Source: Candidatus Omnitrophota bacterium
GTDB taxonomy: Bacteria; Ratteibacteria; UBA8468; B48-G9; DTJG01
Assembly (NCBI GenBank): GCA_023819255.1
Contig: JAMWBU010000005.1
Location: 1,657 to 65,656 of the forward strand
Direction of reading: 5' to 3'
Length of the DNA stretch: 64,000 nucleotides
The stretch's first letter is position 1. Every line of letters begins with the position of its first letter. The notes beneath the pieces were generated by a model that saw nothing but the letters and a program-made list of their open reading frames with translations, was not told the DNA's origin and did no database searches. Shown one piece after another: positions 47,645 to 58,125 of this stretch. The translations under genes and the position numbers were made by a program.

Positions 47645-50377
47645 TCAACCCTTTATCACATTGAAGCATTTTTCACACAATTCTGGATGCTGGCTGAAAT
47701 GTCCAACTGTTTGATGGTGTATCCAGCACCTGGCGCATTTTTTAAGAGCGGTTTTTTTCGCAATGATTTCCAGATTCTCTCCTTCCGCGATTGAGCATTC
47801 AGCAACCATCAGGAGATTTGTAAGATCAGGAAAACTTTCAATAAACGCCTTATTTTCGCCATCTGTTCTAATTTCAATCGCTGCTTCAAGACTGCTGCCG
47901 ATGTTTCCTGCAGACCTTTGCTGTTCAATCTGCTTCAAAACAAGTTTCCTGAAATCAAAAAATCTTGCCCATCTTTCAAGTAATCTGCTGTCAGGTTTTC
48001 TTAATTCAGGCCAGGTCTCAAGAAAAACACTTTCTTTTTTTCTACCTGGCATAAAAGAGTAAGCTTCCTCGCATGTGAAAGAAAGCGCTGGAGCAAGCAT
48101 AATAACAACCGACTTAAGTATTTGATAAATTGCGTATTGAGCAGCCCGACGGCTTGAAGAATTTTTTCCGTGCGTGTATAATCTATCTTTCAGGTAGTCA
48201 AGATAAAAAGAAGACATATCAATATTGCAGAAGTTGAAAATTTCACTTATACCTTTGTGAAAGAGACATTTTTCATAGTAGTTTGAAACATCGCATATAA
48301 GTTGATATGTTCTTTCAAGAGCCCATCTGTCAACCTCAAGCAGTTGGACTTTTTCAAGATCAGGATCGCAGTCGTAAAGATTGCCAAGCATAAACCTCAT
48401 TGTATTTCTGATTGTTCTGTAAACAATTACAAGATGGTCGATTATTTTCTGTGAAATTCTCATATCCTGCTGGTAGTTTTCACTTACTGTCCACAACCTC
48501 AATATGTCAGCGCCATATTTTTTTATAACCTGGTCCGGCGTTATAACATTGCCGAGCGATTTTGACATTTTTCTTCCTTCAGCATCCACAACAAAACCAT
48601 GAGTAACAACTGCTGAAAAGGGCGCTTTCTTCTCAATAGCGCAGGAAGTGATAAGAGATGTCTGAAACCATCCGCGATGCTGGTCGCTGCCTTCAAGATA
48701 CATATCAGCAGGCCATTTCAAATGTTTGTGGTTTTTTAGCACAGCAAGATGGCTTACACCTGAATCAAACCACACATCAAGAATATCCTTTTCTTTTCTA
48801 AAAGGACCCCTGCTGCTACAATAAGGACAAGCAAAATCCTCAGGTAATAGCTCTTTTTCTTCCTTCTCAAACCAGATGTTTGAACCATACTTTCCAACAA
48901 GTTCTGCAACTACTGCAATCGTTTGTTCATTGCATACAGGTTTGCCGCATTTTTCGCAGTAGAACACAGGAAGAGCCACTCCCCACAATCTCTGTCTAGA
49001 AAGGCACCAGTCAGGCCTTAAAGCAACCATGCTTGAGATTCTTGACTGGCCTTCTTCAGGTATCCATTGTGTTTTTTCTATCTCGCTCTGAAGGAGATGA
49101 CGCAGATTGTTATGGTCTATCTTCAAAAACCACTGTTTTGTCGCCCTGAAAATTACAGGCTTTTTACATCTCCAGCAATGCGGATATGAGTGCTGATAAG
49201 GTTCGCTGTGAAGAATAATGCCTTTTTTGCTCAAATTTTCAACAATCAATGGGTCAGCGTCAAAAACAAGTATCCCCTTCCATTCAGGGACTTCTTCTGT
49301 AAATCTTCCCCTTTCATCGACAGGAGATATAACATCAAGATTATATCTGAGCCCTGTTTGATAATCTTCCTCACCATGACCGGTTGCTGTGTGAACGCAG
49401 CCTGTGCCTTCTGCGTCAGAAACATAATCAGCCAGCACAACAATAGATTCTCTTTCAATAAAAGGATGAAGACAGATTGTTTTCTCAAGTTGATAACCCT
49501 TAAAAGAAGCCACTTTTTCGCATTGCCATTTTAGTTTTTCACAGATTACACCAGAAAGCTTTTCAGCGACGATGAAATAACCTGATTGGGTTTTTATCAG
49601 CGAATAATTCAGTTCCGGGTGAACCGCGATAGCCACATTTGCCGGCAGTGTCCAGGGAGTTGTTGTCCATATTAGAAATGATGTGCCCTCTGGCAGATTA
49701 AAATCAACTGAAAACCTTTTTACAGGAAATTTCACATAAACAGAAGGGCTTGTTTCATCCCAGTACTCAACCTCTGCTTCTGCAAGTGCTGTCTGACAGT
49801 GCCAGCACCAGTATATCGGCTTGTACCTCTGGATTATATAACCATTGATGAAAAGTTTTCCAAAACTTTCCACGATTGTCTTTTCATAGATCGGGTTAAG
49901 GGTGAGATATGGATTTTCCCAGTCCCCAAATACTCCAAGTCGTTTGAATTCATCTCTCTGTATTCCCATAAATTTTATTGCATAATCATGGGCTTTTTTT
50001 CTAAAAACGATTATGTCCACAGCATTTTTATCCTTTATCTGCATCTGCTGGAAAACCTGATGCTCAATCGGCATTCCGTGGCAATCCCATCCAGGGACAT
50101 AAGGAGAAAAGAATCCCTGCAAAGATTTGATTTTTACAACTGTGTCCTTCAAAATTTTGTTAAGCGCTGTTCCCAGGTGTATATGTCCATTGGCGTAGGG
50201 CGGCCCATCATGAAGTATAAATGATTTCCCGCCAGAATTCTTTTCAAGAATCTTTTTATAAATGTCCAGTGATTGCCATTTTTCCAAAATTTGAGATTCT
50301 CTTCTGGCAAGGTCCGCTTTCATCGGAAAATCAGTTTTTGGAAGAAGCACTGTTTCTGAATAGTTTTTATCAGCCAT
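47645..50377 (-). CDS. ileS: Isoleucyl-tRNA synthetase
   Basis: 910 aa. HIGH-type motif (PYANGHIHLGTALNKI), KMSKS (KMSKSLGN), CP1 editing domain, C-terminal Zn-finger (CARCW...CEKC). Confidence 0.9.
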   Translation of the reverse strand: MADKNYSETVLLPKTDFPMKADLARRESQILEKWQSLDIYKKILEKNSGGKSFILHDGPPYANGHIHLGTALNKILKDTVVKIKSLQGFFSPYVPGWDCHGMPIEHQVFQQMQIKDKNAVDIIVFRKKAHDYAIKFMGIQRDEFKRLGVFGDWENPYLTLNPIYEKTIVESFGKLFINGYIIQRYKPIYWCWHCQTALAEAEVEYWDETSPSVYVKFPVKRFSVDFNLPEGTSFLIWTTTPWTLPANVAIAVHPELNYSLIKTQSGYFIVAEKLSGVICEKLKWQCEKVASFKGYQLEKTICLHPFIERESIVVLADYVSDAEGTGCVHTATGHGEEDYQTGLRYNLDVISPVDERGRFTEEVPEWKGILVFDADPLIVENLSKKGIILHSEPYQHSYPHCWRCKKPVIFRATKQWFLKIDHNNLRHLLQSEIEKTQWIPEEGQSRISSMVALRPDWCLSRQRLWGVALPVFYCEKCGKPVCNEQTIAVVAELVGKYGSNIWFEKEEKELLPEDFACPYCSSRGPFRKEKDILDVWFDSGVSHLAVLKNHKHLKWPADMYLEGSDQHRGWFQTSLITSCAIEKKAPFSAVVTHGFVVDAEGRKMSKSLGNVITPDQVIKKYGADILRLWTVSENYQQDMRISQKIIDHLVIVYRTIRNTMRFMLGNLYDCDPDLEKVQLLEVDRWALERTYQLICDVSNYYEKCLFHKGISEIFNFCNIDMSSFYLDYLKDRLYTHGKNSSSRRAAQYAIYQILKSVVIMLAPALSFTCEEAYSFMPGRKKESVFLETWPELRKPDSRLLERWARFFDFRKLVLKQIEQQRSAGNIGSSLEAAIEIRTDGENKAFIESFPDLTNLLMVAECSIAEGENLEIIAKKTALKKCARCWIHHQTVGHFSQHPELCEKCFNVIKG

Positions 50378-50860
50378 TTATTTTCCGCCTTTCAGTTTCT
50401 TTATAAGTATCGCTACTCTTTTCCCTGCATCTCTGCATTCTTTCAATGCTTTCTCATCGGGGCTGTCTATTGCGACAGGCCCGTAATGACCGCCTTCTGT
50501 TGTACCCTGGACAATCATTCCGTGTATCAGCATCATCTGGATCATCGAAAGAATTGTTGTCTCATTTCCGCCGGCAATGTTTGCTGATGAAGTAAATGCG
50601 GCTCCGACCTTGCCAATCATCTTTCCATAAAACCTAACTGAATCGTCAAAAAGTTTCTTTATCTCCCACGCTGGAGCACCAAAATATGTTGGAGAACCCG
50701 CGATAATCCCATCATACTCTATCAATTCTTTTGCGTCTGTTTCTTCAACCTTTTTAACTACGGCTTCAACATCTTCAGCAACAACGCCTTTTGCAATCTC
50801 CCGAGCCATTTTTTCAGTGTTTCCGGTCCTCGAATAGTAGACAATCAACACTCTTGCCAT
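50378..50860 (-). CDS. Flavodoxin-like fold NAD(P)H-dependent FMN reductase / flavodoxin family protein
   Basis: 160 aa. RVLIVYYSRTGNTEKMA N-terminus and GSPTYFG motif. Directly abuts the ileS start. Confidence 0.6.
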   Translation of the reverse strand: MARVLIVYYSRTGNTEKMAREIAKGVVAEDVEAVVKKVEETDAKELIEYDGIIAGSPTYFGAPAWEIKKLFDDSVRFYGKMIGKVGAAFTSSANIAGGNETTILSMIQMMLIHGMIVQGTTEGGHYGPVAIDSPDEKALKECRDAGKRVAILIKKLKGGK

Positions 50861-50932
50861 AATTTACCTCCTGAAAAAAAGTTGAATTTTTTTGGTATAT
50901 ATTATACAACCAAAAATGTCATCAGATGAAAC

Positions 50933-53104
50933 CTATTCTGAAAGAAGGACTATTTCATAGTCGTTTATCTGTGGCAACATAAAAGAAAGTCGGTCTTTTT
51001 TTCTCTTTGTTTTGAACGACTTTCCTGAAGAAAGGGATCTGGCTTTATTAAAAAAAGTCCTTACTGACATTTCTATGTTATAAAGTGGAATTATCCTGTC
51101 CATAGGCCGTTTCATATCAGCAGTGACATTCACAAGATGAACAAGCAACCCTTTTTCATTTTTCCTCATTTCAATCGCAAGGCTTCCAGGCGCATTTGTT
51201 TCAATTTGAAGCCCGCCAGGCACAAACTTTTTAATGACAGAGTGGATAAGTTCCTTATGCCAGTCAATATGAAACATGTTGAAACTTTCAAAAACTGGAG
51301 AAGCAAAATAGATAACTTTTCCTCTGCCCTTTTTGGAAATTACAATTGCCGGATATTCACTTACTCCTTTCGGTTGAGAGTATGCATAGTTCAAAGGATT
51401 TAAGTACTTCGCAATTATCTGCGCTTCTTTTTTTGCCTTTATTAAAAGGCCATTCACCGGTCTTGGAATAAGGATATCTTTTTCAATCCCAGCAATATTT
51501 TGAGTTAGAACGATGTAATCCTCTATTCTTGAAGGTCTTAAAACTCCACATATCTGTTCAATCCCGAGAAAATCAAGCCAGCTATTACGATCCACAATCT
51601 CGCCATATTCATTGTAGAATCCTGACTCAAAGTCGCAAAGAAGCGCTCCACCTTTTCTTACATAATCCATTATTACCGCAATCTGACTGTCAGAAAGACA
51701 AGCTGAATTAGGAAGAATAAGAAGTTTCAACTTTTTAAGTGTCTCCTGATTGAGATACTCGTCCCATAATACCCTGACAGGAATATGGGCAAAATTACAT
51801 AAATCAAGGCATCCATGATTTTCATTGTTCAGTATTTTCTCGCTCACCTCTCTTTGTTTCTTTATGTCTTCTATCAACTTGCTGCCGGTATCCATAATCA
51901 AGCCCTGCTCTTTCCCAGAACCTGCCCCATAACATAACCCCTTATGCGAGGAAATATAGTAATACAGTGTTTTATTTGATATTAAAACTCCTGTTTCAGC
52001 TGCTGAAACACTGCCTTCGATAAATTTTTCATTTTTTTCAATCAATGCTGCTGTCTTCAAGCCGCCTATCGCATACTTTTTTGTTTTTTCAATGGCTGGA
52101 TAAAAAATCGCAAACCAGGTATTTGAACCTCCTGCTGTTGCCTGCGCAATGGCAGTTGAAAATTCAGCCTCAACAAGCCCAACATAGTGCCAGGTTGAAA
52201 GTGTATGATGGGTAAAAACCACAGACGGATTTTTCCCGGCAGAAAGAAACCGTGAAAGATTTAATGTGGTATAAGGCGAGATATAATATTCTGAGCAATG
52301 GAAAAAATCCTCTGCTCCAGTGAATGTCTGATAATTTTCCATCCTTGCGGCATCATAACCAACAAGAATGTTTGAAGCGCTGAACCCTCCGCCATTAAGA
52401 AACATAACGGCGTCTTTTTTTATTTTCTTTGCTGTTTCGCTGGCGTCTTTCATAAAGTCAGCCCAGCTCTGCGAACGAAATTCAGCAAACTTTTTCCAGC
52501 AGGGATCAGTCCAGTCAAGAAATTTTGGAAGATGCTGGCATCCTGTCATTCTTTTGAATTTCTCCTGGCAATGCCGACAGTAACAAACCCCTGGATAAAC
52601 AACCGGCCCGTCAAGAAAACATCCATCCACGCCTGTCTTCATCACCTCCGCAATCATTTCAAACGCCCAGTTTCTCCACGGGCCGTTAACGCAAAAAGTA
52701 GTACCATTGCCATAAAGAGGTTTTTTCCTTCCATAGGGTATGCCATCTTCACAGAGCTGTTCCCATCCAGGATTTTTTTCTGCAAACTCGTAGCTATACC
52801 AGTGCATATTTATGTAAGCAATGACATAAAGGTTATGTTTTTTCGCGACAGGCACATATTCTCTTAAAAGATCTCTTGAACCGAGCACTGGTAATTTTTC
52901 AAATTTATCAGAGTTAAATGTTGTGAGGTATCCTGTTCCTGGCGCGCATCCTGGTGTTGCCATAATCCATTCGCAGTTTGCCTTCCACAATTTTCTTGTT
53001 TCTCTTGCGGTCTTATTCAGGTCTGATTTCAAGAATGGTGAAAAATCGAAAATATAATCCCGGCGAAACATTCTAACAGGTCTATCCCACCAGTTTCTGA
53101 CCAT
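50933..53104 (-). CDS. Putative glycoside hydrolase (GH42-like/GHL6-type TIM barrel with beta-galactosidase trimerisation-like domain)
   Basis: 723 aa, cytoplasmic. N-terminal TIM-barrel-like region with Cys cluster (CRHCQEKF) reminiscent of GH42 Zn site. Assignment tentative. Confidence 0.35.
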   Translation of the reverse strand: MVRNWWDRPVRMFRRDYIFDFSPFLKSDLNKTARETRKLWKANCEWIMATPGCAPGTGYLTTFNSDKFEKLPVLGSRDLLREYVPVAKKHNLYVIAYINMHWYSYEFAEKNPGWEQLCEDGIPYGRKKPLYGNGTTFCVNGPWRNWAFEMIAEVMKTGVDGCFLDGPVVYPGVCYCRHCQEKFKRMTGCQHLPKFLDWTDPCWKKFAEFRSQSWADFMKDASETAKKIKKDAVMFLNGGGFSASNILVGYDAARMENYQTFTGAEDFFHCSEYYISPYTTLNLSRFLSAGKNPSVVFTHHTLSTWHYVGLVEAEFSTAIAQATAGGSNTWFAIFYPAIEKTKKYAIGGLKTAALIEKNEKFIEGSVSAAETGVLISNKTLYYYISSHKGLCYGAGSGKEQGLIMDTGSKLIEDIKKQREVSEKILNNENHGCLDLCNFAHIPVRVLWDEYLNQETLKKLKLLILPNSACLSDSQIAVIMDYVRKGGALLCDFESGFYNEYGEIVDRNSWLDFLGIEQICGVLRPSRIEDYIVLTQNIAGIEKDILIPRPVNGLLIKAKKEAQIIAKYLNPLNYAYSQPKGVSEYPAIVISKKGRGKVIYFASPVFESFNMFHIDWHKELIHSVIKKFVPGGLQIETNAPGSLAIEMRKNEKGLLVHLVNVTADMKRPMDRIIPLYNIEMSVRTFFNKARSLSSGKSFKTKRKKDRLSFMLPQINDYEIVLLSE

Positions 53105-53235
53105 TATTCCCCCTCGTTACACTTCAAAAGATGCAAAATTTGATAGCTATTATTATATTCTATCACAGGATAAATGTTTTATATGGCGCAATGGGCACAC
53201 TGGACATTTTAAGTTTAATGTATTACAATTTTTAT

Positions 53236-54291
53236 ATGACAGAATTATGTAAATTCTTTTGCATAATAACCTTCGCAATTTTATCCCCCCTGTATGCACA
53301 TCTTTGTGATAATGTTTTCAGACAGGCAGATAAACTAATTGTTAAACCTGAGATTTACAACATTATCGTTAAAGATAAAGCGACCTTTAAAATTTTTCTT
53401 CAGAACAACATGGATAGAGCCATAGCAGAAATAAAACTTATCGCTGAAAGCCCTGCTTTTGATTTCCAGATCTACCCAATGAAGATGTCTGTTCCAAAGG
53501 ACCAGAGAGTTTATTTTGAGGTGACTATGACCCCGAAACCAAATACATCTTCTGGAAACTATCCTGTAACATTCAGACTCGTCGGCGGCGGAAGAGAATT
53601 CAAAAGCTTCAATCTTGATGTTTCTGGAGAAGCGGCTAACAGGGTTCAGGAGAAAAAGGAAACGCCAATGTCTGAAAATAAATCCAGCCCTGAGACGCAA
53701 CCTTCCAGAAAAAAAGAGTCAGCGCTTCTTTCAGTTAAAAAAATATTCCAGCCGCCAAAGATAGACGGTAGACTTATGGAAGAATGCTGGAAAAACGCTG
53801 GAGTTGCTGGAAATTTTTCCTGTCCCGGACAGGGAAAACCCGTGTATCAAACAGTTGGACTTTTCACCTACGACGCGAGTTCGCTATACCTGGGGTTTTA
53901 TTGCAGGGACAATGAACCTGAAAAGATTTCCGATAAAGACAGAATTGAGATACAGATATCATCAGATCCTTCAGGAAAAACCTATTATTCCATTGTTCTA
54001 ACAGGTGACAGAAAAATGACATTCAAGAAAGTCAGGTCTTCTGGCGAAGTGCAGGACCTTCAGCCAGCAAATCTGGTCTATGGAATGTACAGGGGCATCA
54101 ATGCCTGGATGATTGAAATCGGCATTCCTTTTTCTTCAATAGGAACCAGAACCCCTGAACCAGGCGAGACCTGGTTATTGAAAATTATTCGCACAAAATC
54201 AACCGGTTATATTGAGGAAAGTTACTGGGCTATGGATGCTTCATCCTACCATCAGGAAAAAGGTTTCGGACAGATTGTTTTTGCTCCATAG
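53236..54291 (+). CDS. Secreted protein with C-terminal CBM9-like/DOMON-like carbohydrate-binding domain
   Basis: Start moved to MTELCKFFCIITFAILSPLYA (signal peptide). C-terminal PKIDGRLMEECWKNAG...YDASSLYLGFYCRDNEP matches the CBM9-like PxIDG...W...YD..LY pattern. Confidence 0.45.
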   Translation: MTELCKFFCIITFAILSPLYAHLCDNVFRQADKLIVKPEIYNIIVKDKATFKIFLQNNMDRAIAEIKLIAESPAFDFQIYPMKMSVPKDQRVYFEVTMTPKPNTSSGNYPVTFRLVGGGREFKSFNLDVSGEAANRVQEKKETPMSENKSSPETQPSRKKESALLSVKKIFQPPKIDGRLMEECWKNAGVAGNFSCPGQGKPVYQTVGLFTYDASSLYLGFYCRDNEPEKISDKDRIEIQISSDPSGKTYYSIVLTGDRKMTFKKVRSSGEVQDLQPANLVYGMYRGINAWMIEIGIPFSSIGTRTPEPGETWLLKIIRTKSTGYIEESYWAMDASSYHQEKGFGQIVFAP

Positions 54292-54303
54292 ATTATTAAC
54301 AAG

Positions 54304-54846
54304 ATGAAAACATTTCTTATTTTTCTCATACCAATCCTGTATTGTCTTGCTTATGGTGCGGACCAGATACAGATAGAATTTGAATATCCTTCCATAACAG
54401 GCGACTTTTATGTCGCTGGAACAGTGTTTTTCCCTCCGTCGGCAGCTCCTGATTTAAAAAAAATACTTGTTATGGATAAAGACACAAGAAAGGAAATTCC
54501 ATCAAAAATCGTGGTACAGGACAATTGGCCTGATGGCTCGGTTTTGAGTGCAGAGATAGTTTTTCCTGCCAACAGCCAGAAAAAAGGAAAATACATCATT
54601 TTTTACGGAGGTGATGTGGAAAGAAAAAAATCTTTTGTTGAAGCGGCTGTTCTTCCAACAGTATCTTTTATTGTACCTGGCGCGGGTAACACAGTAGAAA
54701 ATATGGATGTGTCTGTCGGGCAGATAAATGTGAGAGTTGACAGAAGTACAAACATCAGGTACTGGTGGTATATCCTGCCTGTCTTCTTTTTGATTCTTAT
54801 CACTGTGTTAAGGACATTACGAACAATAAGGATGCAAAAGTTATGA
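54304..54846 (+). CDS. Hypothetical exported protein with C-terminal membrane anchor
   Basis: 180 aa. Signal peptide, beta-rich body, C-terminal TM (WWYILPVFFLILITVL). Confidence 0.3.
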   Translation: MKTFLIFLIPILYCLAYGADQIQIEFEYPSITGDFYVAGTVFFPPSAAPDLKKILVMDKDTRKEIPSKIVVQDNWPDGSVLSAEIVFPANSQKKGKYIIFYGGDVERKKSFVEAAVLPTVSFIVPGAGNTVENMDVSVGQINVRVDRSTNIRYWWYILPVFFLILITVLRTLRTIRMQKL

Positions 54847-55883
54847 AGAAAATTACGATGACAAGAAGAATTGTACAGGTTTTTTGTTTGATTCTTCTTG
54901 TATATGGCGGATACATATTCAAGGAATGGAAACAATCACCTGAAACCGAACAATCTCTTTTTCCTGCATTGAAAGCGCCAGCAGGAAGCATTTCTATCAC
55001 TAAACTTGAGAAAGGAAGCATACTCTGGCCATCAGGGGCAACTCCTGTGATCGAAAACTATCCGCCATCTCTTGTGTGCAGGTTTAACCCGAAAGGGGGT
55101 ATGTTTAAGGCATGCATCCTGCACTTTTTTTCTGAAAACCTCACCTGGCAAACCCAGTTAAAATATCTATTGCCTTATATTACGCTTTTTATTCTGCTAT
55201 GTTTTCTTCTCGGAAGAATGTGGTGCGGATGGGTTTGTCCCATAGGAACTACAGGCGACTTCCTCACATTCTTAAGAAGGAAAATGAATATCCCGGTGAA
55301 AAGGTTTCCACATAATTTCAGAATTAATCTCTCTTTTACTGGCTATGGACTTATGGCGATAGCCCTTACGATTTCCACAATAATAGGTATGCCCAATTTT
55401 GCGAGATACCAGTGTTACTGGTTTCTGCCTTACTGTCAGATATGCCCTGCGCGGCTCATCTGTCCTTTGTTCGGCTTAATAAGGCCGAACTGGAAGGATT
55501 TTTCAACATCCATCACAACAACCTTTACACTTCTTGCATGGATTGTTCTTGGGCTCTTTATTGCCGCCTTCTATTTTGGAAGACGGGTCTGGTGTCATAT
55601 GTGTCCTGTTGGCCTGATTAACTCATGGTTCAATAAAGGAGCTGGCGTTGAACTTCACAAAAAACCCATCAAATGCATTAAGTGCGGATATTGCGCTGAC
55701 GCCTGCCCTATGGGACTTACAAAAATGTACGAAATGGACAAAGATGGCATTTACAACCAGAATTCCTGTATAATGTGCCTGCGATGTGTTGAGGTATGCC
55801 CGAGAAAAGGATGCCTCAGTGTAAAATTCTTTGGCAAAGGGATAAGGATTAAGGATTTTTTCAGGAGAAAAAATGCAGAATAA
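54843..55883 (+). CDS. NapH/MauN-like membrane-bound polyferredoxin (4Fe-4S binding)
   Basis: Start at MKKITMTRR. TM helices with CPxG-type motifs (WCGWVCPIGT, VWCHMCPVG) and two C-terminal CxxCxxCxxxCP ferredoxin motifs. Confidence 0.6.
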   Translation: MKKITMTRRIVQVFCLILLVYGGYIFKEWKQSPETEQSLFPALKAPAGSISITKLEKGSILWPSGATPVIENYPPSLVCRFNPKGGMFKACILHFFSENLTWQTQLKYLLPYITLFILLCFLLGRMWCGWVCPIGTTGDFLTFLRRKMNIPVKRFPHNFRINLSFTGYGLMAIALTISTIIGMPNFARYQCYWFLPYCQICPARLICPLFGLIRPNWKDFSTSITTTFTLLAWIVLGLFIAAFYFGRRVWCHMCPVGLINSWFNKGAGVELHKKPIKCIKCGYCADACPMGLTKMYEMDKDGIYNQNSCIMCLRCVEVCPRKGCLSVKFFGKGIRIKDFFRRKNAE

Positions 55884-57117
55884 ATTTCTTGATCGTTATG
55901 GCAGAGCCGTCTTAAAAGGATTTACTTCCACCCGGTCCATCAAAAGCAACGCTAATTCTGAATTGCTTGAATATTCCAGCAGATCAAAAAATTCTTTAAT
56001 GAAAAAATTTTATCAAGACATTGAGGATTTTGAAACAGGAAAGTTTCTCTATCCAGAAAAACCGGTTGTTGGTTACTTTTGCAGCCTCGTGCCTGAAGAA
56101 CTAATTCTTGCCTGCAACCTGCACCCTGTGAGGTTGTGTTGTGAAGAAAACCTCTGGACCCAAGCAGGTGAAGAGATTATTCCAGGAGATGTATGCCCGG
56201 TGGTTAAATCTATATGCGGGAAGTTTTACAACCAGATGTATGACAGATTTGATCTTGTAGTTGTTCCTGGAAGCTGCGACCCAAAAACGAAACTTGCGGA
56301 GTTGCTTTCTCCTTTGAAAGAAGTGTATTTTCTCGATCCCGGAAGAGATTGCGATTATCTAAAAAACGCTGACATCTGGGGAGAAAAATACACAAAGTTT
56401 TTTGATTTTCTAAAAGAAAGATTTCATTGCTCGTCAGGAAGAAAACATTTGCTTTCCGCGTGTAAGAAAACAAACGCGCGCACAGAAATTTTTAGAAAGA
56501 TTTATCAATTTCGAACAAGAAATCCCGAAGCGATAAACAGCTTCGATTATTACATAATGATTTACGCTTCTTTCTTCATGGATATAGAGATTTGGAACAA
56601 TCTTGCTGAGAACGTTTACAGAGAAGCGCTTGAAACCAGAGAAATTTGCAAAAATCCAAAAATCCTTCTTGCTGGAACGCCGGTTATATTTCCAAACTTC
56701 AAGATTATCGATGTTATTGAACAAGCAGGATTGTCCCTGGCGGCTGACATTCAGTGCACAACTTTTGGACGATTTTATAATCCAGTTGAAATAGATGAAG
56801 ATACCGAGTCGGGTATTATCAGGGCGTTGAGCCTGAAAGATATTGCTGGAAGCATCTGCCCCTGTTTGTTAAACCTTGAAAAATTAGTCAATCTCATTGT
56901 CGATGCGGTAAGCCAGCATAATCTTGATGGAGTAATATATTACAATCTGAGATTGTGCCAGGTGTTTGACATCCAGACAGCAGTCATAAGACAGGCGCTG
57001 AAAGAAAAAGACATTCCATTTATTTCAATAAAAACAGACCTTGGCAACCAGGATACCGGACAGTTAAAAACAAGATTGGAAGCATTCAGGGAGATGATTG
57101 AGTCGCGCAGAAACTAA
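55873..57117 (+). CDS. 2-hydroxyacyl-CoA dehydratase family protein (HgdB/BcrC/YjiM-like), solitary subunit
   Basis: 414 aa. VGYFCSLVPEELILA N-terminal signature of PF06050 plus conserved Cys (CPVVKS, PGSCDPK) for Fe-S ligation. Confidence 0.65.
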   Translation: MQNKFLDRYGRAVLKGFTSTRSIKSNANSELLEYSSRSKNSLMKKFYQDIEDFETGKFLYPEKPVVGYFCSLVPEELILACNLHPVRLCCEENLWTQAGEEIIPGDVCPVVKSICGKFYNQMYDRFDLVVVPGSCDPKTKLAELLSPLKEVYFLDPGRDCDYLKNADIWGEKYTKFFDFLKERFHCSSGRKHLLSACKKTNARTEIFRKIYQFRTRNPEAINSFDYYIMIYASFFMDIEIWNNLAENVYREALETREICKNPKILLAGTPVIFPNFKIIDVIEQAGLSLAADIQCTTFGRFYNPVEIDEDTESGIIRALSLKDIAGSICPCLLNLEKLVNLIVDAVSQHNLDGVIYYNLRLCQVFDIQTAVIRQALKEKDIPFISIKTDLGNQDTGQLKTRLEAFREMIESRRN

Positions 57118-57128
57118 AGGAGGCTTTT

Positions 57129-57884
57129 TTGAAAGCAGGGATAGACATTGGTTCAGTGATGACAAAGTGCGTTGTTGTGAAGGAAGAAAAAATCATATCA
57201 AAGGCGATAGCAAGATCAGGCGCAATGCCTGAAAAAATAGCAGAAAAGGTGCTGCTGGATGCCTTGCAGAGTGCTGAAATTCAGTTTTCTCAAATAGAAA
57301 AAATCGTCTCGACCGGCTATGGCAGGTACATTTTCTCACCGTCTCACTCAGTTATAACAGAAGTTTCAGCGGCGGCAAGAGCCGCTTTTTTCCTTTCTGG
57401 ACGGAACCAATGTCTTGTCATTGATGTAGGCGGACAGGATACAAAAACGATAGAAGTTGATAAAAACGGTGAGGTTGTGGATTTTTTGATGAACGACAAG
57501 TGCGCCGCAGGAACAGGGAGGTTTCTTGAAATGATGGCAAATGTTTTAGAAACAGATATTTATGGGCTCGGGACATTCTCATTGCAGGCAGAAAAGCCGG
57601 TGTTGATAAGTTCGACATGCAGCGTTTTTGCGGAAAGCGAAGTTGTTTCCCTTATCGCCCATAATGAAAAAAAGGAAAATATTGCTGCAGGCCTTATCAA
57701 TGCCATTGCTTCGAGAATTTCAACAATGATGAACCATTTCAACAGAAAACTTCCTGTTATTTTTTGTGGAGGCGGTGCAATTATACCAGGGCTTAAGGAA
57801 AGCATTGAAAAAATAAGCAATAGACCAATTCAGATTCCCGAAAACCCGCAGTTTGTTGTTGCTTTTGGCGCCGCGCTCAGTTGA
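57129..57884 (+). CDS. CoA-substrate-specific enzyme activase (HgdC/BcrAD/YjiL-like ASKHA ATPase)
   Basis: 251 aa. AGIDIGSVMTKCVVV phosphate-1 motif, GGQDTK, and the two Cys for the bridging [4Fe-4S] (DKCAAGTG, STCSVF). Confidence 0.75.
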   Translation: MKAGIDIGSVMTKCVVVKEEKIISKAIARSGAMPEKIAEKVLLDALQSAEIQFSQIEKIVSTGYGRYIFSPSHSVITEVSAAARAAFFLSGRNQCLVIDVGGQDTKTIEVDKNGEVVDFLMNDKCAAGTGRFLEMMANVLETDIYGLGTFSLQAEKPVLISSTCSVFAESEVVSLIAHNEKKENIAAGLINAIASRISTMMNHFNRKLPVIFCGGGAIIPGLKESIEKISNRPIQIPENPQFVVAFGAALS

Positions 57885-57939
57885 CACAACCAAAAAGTTT
57901 TAATAAAATTATGTCGTTTCTTTTTAACAGGAGGAAACA

Positions 57940-58125
57940 ATGAAAGTAAAAATAGATGAAAGCACATGCACAGGATGCGGTCTTTGCGCAGATAACTGCC
58001 CTGAGGTATTTGAACTGGGAGATTCTGTAGCAAAGGTCATTGCTGACCCTGTACCTGCCGAAAAGGAAGAATGCGCAAAAGAGGCAGCAGAAAATTGTCC
58101 GGTAGATGCTATATCCATCGAATAA
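57940..58125 (+). CDS. Small single-cluster [4Fe-4S] ferredoxin
   Basis: 61 aa. CTGCGLCADNCP plus distal C...CP (ENCPVDAISIE), like Pyrococcus/Thermotoga-type ferredoxins. Confidence 0.7.
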   Translation: MKVKIDESTCTGCGLCADNCPEVFELGDSVAKVIADPVPAEKEECAKEAAENCPVDAISIE

